From positions 1,550,001-1,614,000 of the forward strand of contig VJWM01000019.1 in NCBI GenBank assembly GCA_010909165.1: 64,000 nucleotides of DNA, given 5' to 3'. Below the pieces are notes generated by a model, which was given only the letters and a program-made list of their open reading frames with translations, did not search any database and was not told where the DNA came from. The translations under genes were made by a program, and so were the position numbers. This document shows, in pieces, positions 1 to 11,413 of the stretch. Source of the stretch: Anthoceros angustus. Lineage: Eukaryota; Plantae; Anthocerotophyta. The stretch's first letter is position 1. Each line of letters begins with the position of its first letter.

Positions 1-618
1 GATTAACCTTATCGAGCATGCCTTCGAAGGCTATGAAGTGTGCCACCTCAAGTCGCCAAACATTTCCTAAACATACCGAGGCCAAGGGCGAAGTTTCAAA
101 CAATTTTGCGAAGTGGTAAGTGAGTGTATTCATAGAGTGCGCCGGGTCACCAAGATTGCAGGCGCCACTGACCGGCGACCCCCTTGTTTGTTTTAGGCAT
201 GAGGAGGCCCGACCGCGACTCCCTCCCGCGCCATCCAACATCATGGTGGAGTGCACCACACGGCGCCGACTCCACTCATCAATGTTCACCTCCACTGCTG
301 CTTGCGTAAACCGGGAGACATTGAGGATTTGGAAAGCCCGCCAAAACCTTTCCAAGATTTTGTTTATAGCGCAATCGAAACGGATGGAAGAAGAGCGAAA
401 ACAAATGGCCGAAGGACATGGATGCTGGCGAGTTCAGAGTGCCCGGTCTTGGACAAAGTGGCATATCAGGTGGTGCATCGAGACATTTTGGATATGAAAG
501 GATTTTTGCCACCGAGAAGGTACACTCTTCTTTTCTGCGACCTCCCTCGAGGTTTACAGCGGCATGAGAATGACAAGGCTTTCGTTGAAGAAGAATTGAA
601 AGAGCTCATCAGCTCTTT
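1..618 (+). pseudogene. 5' half of a beta-class N4-cytosine/N6-adenine DNA methyltransferase-like gene (runs off window start; interrupted at 618 by a TIR element)
   Basis: ORF 251.. reads VVHRDILDMKGFLPPRRYTLLFCDLPRG, resembling 'xGDxxxxLxxxxxxSVDLIxxDPPY' (motif IV, here degenerate DLPR). Probable 81-bp GT-AG intron at 116-196. Stops upstream indicate decay. Confidence 0.6.
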
Positions 619-3600
619 CCCTACTAGAAAAGGGCACCCTATGTTACAGTGGATGTTGCAATTTTTTGTTAAACTTCCACATTGCAACATGTTTTGGAGG
701 GTTGGTATTAAGTTTGTTAGTTCCCTGCTTGGTGCATCTTAACACGAACTGCACTCTCTTCCCACCTCCCCTTCCGGGTACACCTCTCTCACAAGCATTG
801 TTAATAATTTCCCACCGCCTTGTTATACTGTGTTGCAATTTTATGTAACACTTCCAACTTGCAACATGTTTTGATGGCTTGGTGTTAAGTTGGTCCATTT
901 TTCTCTTCCTTCTCCCACCATCCTAACACAATGCTTGGTCTCTCACTTCATGTACCACTTCAAAATTGCAACACTTTATGGTGGCTTGGTGTTCAGTGTC
1001 CTTTTCTTATCCACCTTCTCACCCCATCTTAACACAATGCTTGGTCTCTCTCCTCTCACCTCACCCTCCTATTTATTGCCCCTTATCACACCCTTTTATA
1101 CTCTTTCACTTCTCCTCCTCCTTCATGGTGTGAGAAGGACCTCCCCTATCACAACCATTTTATACTCTTCCTCTTCCTCTTTCAACATGCTTGTTACAAT
1201 GACCTCTCTCTCCCTGTCCTTCCCCCTTTTACCTCCTTTGCATATACTCGTATACATATATATGTTTATAGGCTTCAAGACATAAGTATGTGTAAGTATA
1301 TATATGTACACATCCATCTTATACTTCTATTATATTAGTGTATTATATGCCTCTTTGTATACGTATATGTGTATATAGGCATCAAGACTTGTTTATATAG
1401 TAATATATATGTGCTAACCCTTACGTCACTCTCATACCTTGCATATATAAGTGTTTGATTTTATTGACAAATTAATTGGAATTTTTGGAAGTTCAAGCGT
1501 CCTCTATCCCTTGACATCGGTGGCTTTGTTGCCCGATGCAATTAACTTTATCTACAAACATACGTCTTCCAAGTGATATGGCCATATGTCGTCTTGCGGC
1601 TCACTTGGTGACTCTTGAGACCAACACCATTGTTTTCGTGGTTCCTCCACAACTTCCTAGACCTATCCGGTGGCCTCAATCACCACTTTCACGGCGAAGG
1701 ACCCCTGTAAATGCTAGGCTATAAAGGTGGGAATACCAATTCCATCTTTGATTGACCATCACCGGTCCACGTCTGGCGACTCCTCGCAAGAAAATGGCTC
1801 GAACATTCACATTCCCCTCCACAAAGCCCACGCCACGGTTGTTTTCAGTTGCATTGCATGCGCTCCGCATTCTCTCATCCATCCGGGTTCCCCACCATCT
1901 CTCCAGTGCTCCGCTCCCACATCCGGGTTTCCCACCATCTCTCCAGGCTCTCCACATCCAGTTCCCCACCATCTACGTTGCCTCCGGATCACTTGTGGTG
2001 GCCTGCTTGCCACCTTTCCTCCATCTTCCTTCTCTCCACTAGTATCATGCCTTCCTTCGACATGGCCTTCACCTTCCACCGCTTTCCCTTCCCTTCTTCC
2101 CCTGAGTCATGCACACATCACTTAGAGCTCACGTCCTACATATCACCACGTCGCACCAACCATCAACTCCTCATTCTCCACCCAACCTCCATCGCATGCT
2201 CACACCATGTACACTCCACCACGCCCATGCACACAACACGGCAATGGCGTCGTCTAGTGGCTTACCAACTCCATCAATTCTCCAATTTCTAGTGGCAATG
2301 TAGTCGGTATGTCGTCTCCACCTCATCATCCGCCATCTCCACATCCGCCTCCTCTTGCGCTTTCCCCATCATTCGCCACGGTGTCCTTCTCCTCACCGTC
2401 CTCCCGACCATCATATGCACGCGTTCCTTGGCCGCAACCGCCTCCTCCGAGACCAGTCTCCACTCCCGTGGCAGCAGTTTCCTCCCTCCACATCCTCCTC
2501 CCACGTTGTTGGGGTTATCCATCGCCACCGAGCAAGGTCCACAAGACCAATGGCCTCTCTCTCGCCACACGGTCGGCCTCTTGGGCAGCACCACCATGCT
2601 CCTCCCGATCACCAGTCCTCTTTCTCCTGACTCACGCCAATTCCTCCTCCCTCCCGATGTCACGGCCTGGCGATTCCTCCTCGAAAGTTTTGGATTCTCT
2701 CCGCAGCTCCAGTTAGCTCCCCACCTATTAGAGACACCCACTCCCCTTGCGGCCGCTTTCTCAAGATCGTCCTCCTCTTTGGCGCAGACTCCACCGTTGG
2801 AAGTTGCTCCAAAGACCGACACCTCTCTCGCCGCCTCCGCTCCACGCGATGATCATCCACCCTCTCCACTTCTTGAATCCGCATTCTCCACAGTGCCCAC
2901 CTCACTTGCGCTAGGACCATCCTTCGCCGTGCTTCCATCCAAGAAGGGGACTACGTGGCATGCCATCTGTTGGCTCCTTGCCATGCCACCTTCCCAGCTG
3001 CTTGTGTTTGTGCACGAAAATCCTTGTCCACGTATGCCATTCCTCCATGCATGCCATATATAGTCCCCGCTTTTTATGACCATTTCGTGAAGGACAAGTG
3101 TTTGCAATGCGATTTGAGTGGCCGATGACCAAGGAAGTGCCATGCCATGACAAGGTCATGGCCATCTTACAACGCCATGAACCAAGGACAATGGTTCCCT
3201 TTCTCTCAAATAAAATTCTCCCTCCACCATGGTCCAAGGAAGGTGGGTGCAAGCCATTAGAATAATTGAAAACTCATGGCATGGAAGAAAACATGCCACG
3301 CGTCGAAGGTCGTTTGAACCGTGACGCCTTGATTCTTTTTGGTAATAATCTATATCAACATCTACACCATTGTGCAAGGACGGTGGGTGGCACGTGAGCC
3401 ATTCAAGCAAACTAAATGCCCCTTTCATTATGCCATGAATGAAGGACCGTCCGTATGTGAATTTGCCATATATGCCAATTCCGTTCTCCTAGATAATGAT
3501 GTCCATCGTTCGAGACTCCCATTCGCTCTCCACCAATCATGCGCGTCACATGGCGAGCGTATAATGTATTCACGCCATCGGCACCATGCTAGGGTGGCGG

Positions 3601-6600
3601 CTCGGCGTCACTATGGCGCGCCAAAGTTTCCAGCCCTTAGGAGACATGAAAACAAACTTGCATTCGCGCTCCTTTATGGTCATGTACACACATTGCATTT
3701 ACCGAACGTCACTTTGTTGTTGGCGACCATCAAAGCGCCATGTTTGGTTTGTCACATGTAAGGTTGAAATTCAAGATCCTCTCATCCGCAACCCGATGTG
3801 GCACAGGGCACAAGGCAGAAGGTGGTGGTCCGCTTTAAATGTCACCACCTTGCCTCGCTTCACGCTACTACCTTTCTCTTGGTCATCCTCGCGAGCACAT
3901 CTTCACGGAAACATGCACACTGCGGCGCTCTCCTGCTACCTTATGCCATGTATGACGGACATGTTGGCGTATCGAGCTAGCTTCCGTCGGAAACCTAAAT
4001 GGGCGTGGAGTGGTAGTTCGCACCACGAGGCGTGTGTTCATGTCTCCATCTTGGTGCACAACTAGAAATCATTGATGGCCATCAAGGATCCTTTGCAAAG
4101 GTTGGAGGCGGTGTCACCGCCTCATGGCGTGGAGCGAGCTGCCTCGTGGCTATCCCTCGTGGGGACTTGCTGGTTCGGTGGCGGTGGTTCCTTCCACATG
4201 GTGCGGCAAAGTGTTTGTGGAATCCGCATAAGTTAAAACCGCCTTCATTTGCACGACATGTCATTTGTGGATCATTGCGAAGTGTGCACATTATTGTTGC
4301 ACAGTGGTGGAAACCACGATGGCCATTAAGGACAAGGGCTGCAATTCCACATCAATGACGATGGCCATCGAGGATGATGGATGGGAGGTTGCTCTCCCTC
4401 GGCCATCAAGGACCTGGTATGGAGGCCGTCCCTTGGCTCTTCGTCTCGCAGCGGCGTCGTGTGGCGGACGGTTTATACCTCACAATGTGGGGACATATGC
4501 TTACCGTAATTAAACATTGGGATGGGAAAGTCCTTCATCCTTGATCACTACTTGTACTTCCCATGTCACCTTGGCAATGGATGCCGTCCATACGTTGAGA
4601 CATGACAAGTCACCCTTGCATCGAGTCGCGTCTGAAAGTGGAATAAATCATGTATGGTGATTGGTTTGCACGTTATATATTGTCTCCTCCCTCCGGATGC
4701 ACAAGGCAATCTTTGGTCGTGGAAGGCGATGATTAATGGTAAAATGCGATGGGCGCATTGAGCGGTCGCCATGTGGGCAATATAATACATCATGAGTAAC
4801 GACAATAATGGGACATGAAACTTGCTCCCAAGTCAAGGTTGTGGTCGAAAATTGTTGATTATGGGCAAGTAGCATGTGCACAATCGTAGCCTCCCGCCAA
4901 GAGGAGTAAATGACAACCAGTGGGCCTTTGCAAACAAAGCTTTTCAAAATAGCCTTGAATTCGGCTAGGGACTCATGGCGCACCTTTCACCGAGAGGAAG
5001 CCATTGCCTTGACATGGCAGGTGGTGGACAACCGGTTCGCGGATGGGGAGTATGGCGAGGTGAAGCTTGCTAGAGTCACGTGCGCGAACACCATAGTCGG
5101 ACGCGTCGTGCAGCCGACCGTATCTGGGTGGGGAGGATGAGGGGCCAAATGGCCTCGGGCTATCTCGCTCATCCACCGCGCGGTCTCCATTCGGACATCG
5201 GCGATGTGAAGAAGCGGCCTCCTCGTCGAGGCAGTCGGAGAGGTAAGGCGGCGAGGGGCACATGGGCCCAACTTGATTTTGACGACTTTGAGACGTGGAA
5301 CCTCCCGGACGGATGCGGAGTTGGAGCACTGCGTGCGAAGTGAAGGAAATAGATGAAGAGCTATTTACATTGGATGAGGTGGGTTTTAGCTCGCGTTAAT
5401 GGCAAGTGGCAAAGTGTGCACACAATCTGAAGTTTGCAGGCCAGATGAGTGGGCATGGTGGACAAACGGGTAACACATGTGCACAGCATCTTGGCGGCAT
5501 TCAAGCTTGGAGACAAGGGGAGGCAACCTTTCGAGGGACGGGCGGTGGCAGGGATTGCTAGAAGGGAAAGGGTGGAAATCGTGAAAGGCGATAGTGGGGT
5601 TCGTACAGTTCCTTCAGTAAGATAGGGAGTGTATGAAAAGATCCTAGAGGTTCGAGCTATTGCAAGGAGAACAAGGAAAATGACCATTTTGCTTAACGAC
5701 ATTGAATTGAAGATGGATCCCGATATGGTGGCCTTTCCGAGACGGAAGGAAGGGGTGGGAGGCAACGATGGTGCGAGGTGGTGACATGGACGAGAGGCTA
5801 TCAAGGAATGCGGATGGCGCGGAAGGGGCTTGGGAGGAAGGAGGCCGGAGGGGCGAGAGGGACAGGACTTTGAATGGGGAAAGGTGGCGATGAACAAGGA
5901 GCGGGAAGTGGAGGCGGTCTTGAGGAAGCATGCGGAGGAGGCGGAGGGAAGCAGTGGCAGTGTGGGCGATATTGTGGTGCCGCGACACCACGATCGCCTA
6001 GGGTTGGTGGAAGCGCATGCACAGGATTGGGGTCAATGGAGGCGGGCGAGGCATGTCGTGGGCAGCAAGCAAATAATGGAAAAGAGGTGGAGGGTGCCGA
6101 GACCGCGGTGACGGCCATGTATGGGGAGGGTGGAGGCCGTTGGGATCGAGATGGAGTGGCGCCGATGGAGGCGGGAACAAGGTGTGTGGAGGCGAGTCGG
6201 GTGGTGGAGCACGGAGGCAACCGTCACCGGGAAACACACTTGTGTGCACTATGGACAGCCAAAAATCGCGGGGGACTAGGAGGAGGCGGGTGGCGGAGGG
6301 GCGACGGAGTGGATCACCCAGCAGCGGCCATGGTGGCGGGGGCAAAAGGCGCGAACATGAGGCGGATGTCGAGGGAGAGAGAATGAAGGAGGACTAAGAG
6401 GGCAACATGCGGTGCGCTGATATCGGCAAAAGGCCAATGCAGATGGAGGCCGAGGGGACGGCGTGGGGACTGCGAGAACATGGGCCAGCGGCGGAGGCAG
6501 TCTTGAAGAGGACGATGTGCCTAATTTGTGCAGACACATACCTTGCAGCCTCGGATCGAGCATGGACACATAGTGGAGCCCAGTTGAGGCAACGCCACGA

Positions 6601-8087
6601 TAAAGGGTGGAGGCCGAAGAGGAAAATGGGAGGAGGAGGAGGCGGGGGCAAAAGTAAAAGGGCAATGGTGGATGGGGAGGGTGGAGGCGGAAGAAGGAGG
6701 ACGGAAGAGGAAAATGTAGAAGCGGTGCAGTTCGAGACTCAATTTGGTTGAAGTAGATGACCCTTTGGGCAGCAGGACTGTAGAGAGGGGCTCTGTCCGT
6801 TGACAGTATAATTCCGTTTTGACTCTTCGAGGAAAACGCCTGAATTTGATTTGAATGCATACTACCTTTTTTGGACCCATAGTGCTGGCACTCTGCCCTT
6901 TCCGCCAGAGTATATCTGGCAAGGGTGCGCCGGACGACCGGCGCACTGAAACAAAAGTGTGCATACATGGAAGAAAACCTCTATTTTACTTACATTATTC
7001 TAAGTGGAACCTGCCATTAAGCACATCTCTTTTAAAAACACGTGTTTTGAATGATATGAGAAAGGGTGGCAACCTCGCCCAAAGCGGAAAAGAGGAGGGG
7101 CGGAGGAAGGTAAGGCAAATGGAGCTTCGTGGAAACCCATTAACGCTGGATAACTCATGACGCCATGCTGGTTTGTATGTGCAATGTGCAGAAGGCGGGG
7201 AGGAAGCGGAGGAAGTGGCAAAGCTTGCCTCGGAAAAAGTGGGAGGAAGAAGAAAATTGCGAATCGAGCAGGAGGCGGAAGTTTCTGTAGGTGCATACGA
7301 TGGCAGTAGGAAGTGCCTTACATGGAGGCGGAAAAGCATAAGCCGGCGCATACCAAATCTCCTCCGGCACAATCTTGTAGGGCATAACCTCATGGTGATG
7401 CGTCACAATAAGGTGATAGGTGGGGACAATATCTTCTTGGGCGCCATGGCGGAAGCCGATGGCTATTGTTGACGTGGGAAGGACAAACCGCAGATGCTAT
7501 AAAGTAGGGGTATAAAGGGCCGTCTATTTACACAAATAGTAAATACAAAGTATCGTACCATGAATATGTATGATGTACGTATGTTAATATACAAACTTAT
7601 TTTATATGAAATTGAATACAGTATAGCACTTAGAATAATACATTACATTTATCACCGTAGACTATATGCGTATAGTACAAGGATGTATTGATACATGTAT
7701 ATGTGGTCGTATTGAAGGCGTATCGGTGGTAACTACCAAGTAAAAGCGTGGTATTTCAAAGGGCAAAAGTAAAAGGGCAATGGTGGATGGGGAGGAGGTT
7801 CGGTACCAAGCCTCCAAAAGTGTTACAAGACCTCTCTTGTAACACTTTAGATGTTGCAATCATGTTGCAATTTTGAGAGAGGCAAAACCACCTCTCACTT
7901 CATCTTAACATAATTGCAACACCATTGCAACATGATTGCAACAACGGCCGTGGTATGGTTTCCAAGCCAAAGTGTAACAAGGGGCCCAAAAAGTGTTACA
8001 TGACCCCAAAATTGCAACATGAGTGTTGCATCCAGGGGTCCAAATCTTAACATAAAGTGTAACATAGGGTGCCCTTTTCTAGTAGGG
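619..8087. mobile_element. CACTA/CMC-like TIR DNA transposon with CCCTA ends, 7469 bp, internally degenerate
   Basis: Perfect 30-bp TIRs (ccctactagaaaagggcaccctatgttaca at 619-648; reverse complement at 8058-8087). 3-bp TSD TTT at 616-618 and 8088-8090. Clustered subterminal (a)tgttgcaa/ttgcaac(at) repeats at ~650-980 and ~7850-8030. No intact transposase recognised. Confidence 0.85.
6709..7095 (+). repeat. ~380-bp direct copy of 8915-9289, located inside the TIR element
   Basis: Both copies run ggaaaatgtagaagcggtgcagttc...cccaaagcggaaaagagg; the ORF track shows the same peptide (KVCIHGRKPLFYLHYSKWNLP) twice. Confidence 0.9.
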
Positions 8088-8090
8088 TTT

Positions 8091-8882
8091 CAACGAGAAG
8101 ACCACCAGCGATGTGTTCCGGATAATTCTGATGCATGGGGTGGATGGGGTGATTCAAGCCAGGGAGGCTTTGAGGTCGTGGTGCAGGAAAGGAGTCATAC
8201 AAACCACGGTATGGAGAAAACCAACATCCCACGAGCAGTGGTCTTTGTTGAAACAGTGGAATATTTGACAGTGGGAAGCGCAGTGAAGACAGAGTCCAAT
8301 GTCGGAAAAGCTCCTCTTTTTGCCGGCAAAGACATCAAACAGGTGCTCCCAAGAGTTATCTGACATGGAACTGTGGTGAAGAAGCTGATTTACCACACTG
8401 GTGATAAGATGGTCGTATCGCCATATCAGAAACCTTTGGGCTTATGAGGCATGTTGGTGAACATATTCTCCAACGAAGACGACTGGATTGTTGACGCCTG
8501 TGCAGGATCAGGGTCATTTTTGGTGGCCGGGATTCAACGGAAAAGGAACGTTGTGGCCATTGACAAAGACGCACGATGCTCAATGTATATGTCACAACGA
8601 GTGAACGAGTTGGAGCGGCTGCCGGACGAGTTCGAAGAAATAACAACAGATAAGTTTTCGCGGGGCCCTGGCAAGTTTTGGGCAATTAAGGAGATCTGTG
8701 CAGACGGAGGCATTGACATGAAAATTCAAGTGTATAGCTTGCTTGGAAAGAAGGGTCAGAATGAAGGACTCCGCAGACCCCAGGACGACCGGCCGGTTGA
8801 AGATCAACTGGCATTGACGATATGGGATGAAAACGGCACACTACCACCGCAGCAATGTAGGCTCACGTTCGCTTTGCGTTGA
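8091..8882 (+). pseudogene. 3' half of the same beta-class N4/N6 DNA methyltransferase (one frameshift, two in-frame TGA)
   Basis: Removing 619-8087 plus one TTT joins LISSF to NEKTTSDVFRIILMHG...TTVWRKP in frame. After a 1-nt shift it reads VETVEYL..., then SPYQKPLGL*GMLVNIFSNEDDWIVDACAGSGSFLVAGIQRKRNVVAIDKD, matching HPxQKP and motif I (LDPFxGSGS...R..IGIE/D). Confidence 0.75.
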
Positions 8883-10684
8883 AGGTGATGACTTTGGTGA
8901 CACTAAAGCGCTTTGGAAAATGTAGAAGCGGTGCAGTTCGGAGCTCAATTTGGTTGAAGTAGATGACCCTTTGGGCAGCAGGACTTGTAGATGAGGGGCT
9001 CTGTCCAGGTTGACGGTATAATTCCCGGTTTTGACTCTTCGAGGAAAAATTAATTTGATTTGAATGCATACTACCTTTTTTGGACCCATAGTGCTGCACG
9101 CCTTTCCGCCAGAGTACACTGGTGCAGGGACGACCGCATCAAACAAAAGTGTGCATACATGGAAGAAAACCTCTATTTTACTTACATTATTCTAAGTGGA
9201 ACCTGCCATTAAGCACATCTCTTTTAAAAACACGTGTTTTGAATGATATGAGAAAGGGGTGGCAACCTCCGCCCAAAGCGGAAAAGAGGCTTTTAAGAAT
9301 CCGCCGATATTGCGCGGACTTTGCTTGGCATATTCCCAAGATATCTTATTGGCATCAGCATATGCCAGAAATATCCTAAGAATACACTATATGCAAGAAA
9401 TATGCTAAAGCATATTACTTGTGCTTATCCACTTAGTTATTGCTATCCATATTTAATTAATACTAATTATACAAGATACGGTTAAAGTAACATGGGCGTT
9501 TGGCAAAGCATGGAGATAGAATGCCAAATGCCACATTTGGATCCTCCAGCAAACGAAGCCTCAATGTGGAAAAGGTCCTCTACAGCGATAAAGCCCTTAA
9601 ACAACAAATTGTAAAACCCTTAAACAACAAATTGTAAAGCCCTGAGACTAAACGTGGAACGTGGAGAAATCGACCCTCAATCCCAGTAGAGCTTGTGTGA
9701 GACGAACTCAAAGGCTTTTTCTAACTTGCCCAATGATGTGTCTTCCGCCAATGAAGGAAAAGTACTGTAACGTTGTGGGGTCCCGCATAAGCCAATAATA
9801 CCCCCAATTGTGTAGTTTTGCTGGTTTTGGAATGAATTTATTTATTTTATGCATGATTAGACAATTATAGTGCCAAAAGAGGCAAAAGTATTAGAAATGG
9901 TGACGGCATTAGATGCAAAGCAACGACATGGTTGGCAAGACGTTGCGACGTGATGATGTGGTCAGTAGGACGTCGCAATGTACTTAGAAAGTGTCAACGA
10001 CTGGTCAGCATGGTAGCTACCAATTCGGGCTGAAAGGACGGGTGGAGGGAGTAAGAAGTTCTTGGCGTGCAAGTCTGCGGCACGGGAACAGGCCAATTGA
10101 AGTAAGGATGGTGCCAACAGGGCAGTAACGACGCGTGTTGCCTACTCTTGGCAGACGTCTCTCTCTCTCCCTTCCCATTTGCAACTGTGAGCCCCAGCTA
10201 TGCCTCGCCACCGTAGCCAAGTCTCATGCCACCACCATTGCCTTTTTTGAAGAAGCAAATATGTGGCAAAGTAGGATGTCGAGACCTTCAGCGTTTTAGC
10301 AACGCCCGCAAAAGGAAGGTGAGGAAGGGAGGCTAGACTTCTCCTAGTTGAGGACGAAGCTGGTGGACATCAAGGCATCACATGTAGAGCAAACAAGGCC
10401 ATTGTTGGTACGCATGGAGCTGGACTCCCTCCTTAGGCCCTAGAACTACCAGAGCCCATATTTGGTTCAAACTCCTTTGGGAGGCCCAACTCGGAGGTAG
10501 GAGGGAGGGCATCGTGGAAGTTGGAAAAACGGGACGAGGTGACCCGAGCCCAAAGACTATTCAGAGGATAGCCCGTAAGTGCGGTGTGCTCAGCCAGAAA
10601 CTGCTGGCTTGTCCGTTGCTTGCCCGACCCGGAGCACCAATCTATGGCTAGATTGTTGCACGGTTTACATGAAATCACCGAGTA

Positions 10685-10730
10685 TTATTTGAGAGACACT
10701 TACCTTGTGTATTTGGACGACATTGTGGAA
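10685..10730 (+). other. possible tiny Ty3/gypsy RT relic (LVYLDDIV)
   Basis: cttgtgtatttggacgacattgtg translates to LVYLDDIV, a YxDD-like motif; no surrounding intact RT. Confidence 0.25.
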
Positions 10731-11413
10731 GGGCGGCCAGTGGATTAAGGTGCAATATTGCTTGATATGGCAGGGTAGTGAAGGGAGTTTAAAATTCTGT
10801 ATCGAACAACTTTATACATAACACTATGCGACACAATGTATAACGTTGTGTATCGATGCATGGACTTCGTGGTCCATGGGCACCCCCTAAAAGACCACCG
10901 AACTCGGCGAAGGAAGAAGAAGAAGAAAGAAGCCTGGCCCCGTTTACCAGTTTAGGGTTTAGGATGGGGAGGGGGTGCAGCTCTAGTTCGGAATTCGGAA
11001 TGCATTGCGTAGCGAAGCCCGGGTCCCGGTCCGGGCTCACGCGGGCCCACCTCGTTACTACCTACTAAAACCTTATGTCCCTAAGCTTCTTCGCCATTCT
11101 TCCCTACATTATGCCGTAGCCACCATCATCGTGGCCTGAGTGCCGGGCTTTGCCAGCTCCTGCGGTGCACACACCTACCACGTCCTTTTACCAAGTCTCA
11201 TGACGAAAATTCTTCTTCCTTTTCATCTCCAATATTCACCAATATTTCGCTACAGCTGGTGGTGACGTAGATGCACGGCTGAAACGTAGCACATACACAT
11301 GGACGTACACAGAGCAGCATCGTACTCAACTCCAGCTTCATCCCACAACAAGGACAAGAGTCAAGAACAGTTTGTCGTACAAAGAAGTGGAAGATCCACT
11401 ACTTTCCACCCTC

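Noticed and set aside
1536-6650. Numerous Pro/Ser- or Gly/Glu-rich ORFs inside the CCCTA element
   Set aside because: Low-complexity, strand-skewed and frameshifted sequence; no supportable protein call.
8361-8447. In-frame TGA codons in the MTase as possible recoding or RNA editing
   Set aside because: Nuclear locus that also has a frameshift and a TE insertion; simple point decay (e.g. CGA/TGG to TGA) is sufficient.
9590-9642. Short tandem duplication (23 bp x2); similar ones at ~21650-21720 and 53353-53435
   Set aside because: Ordinary slippage duplications with no further structure.
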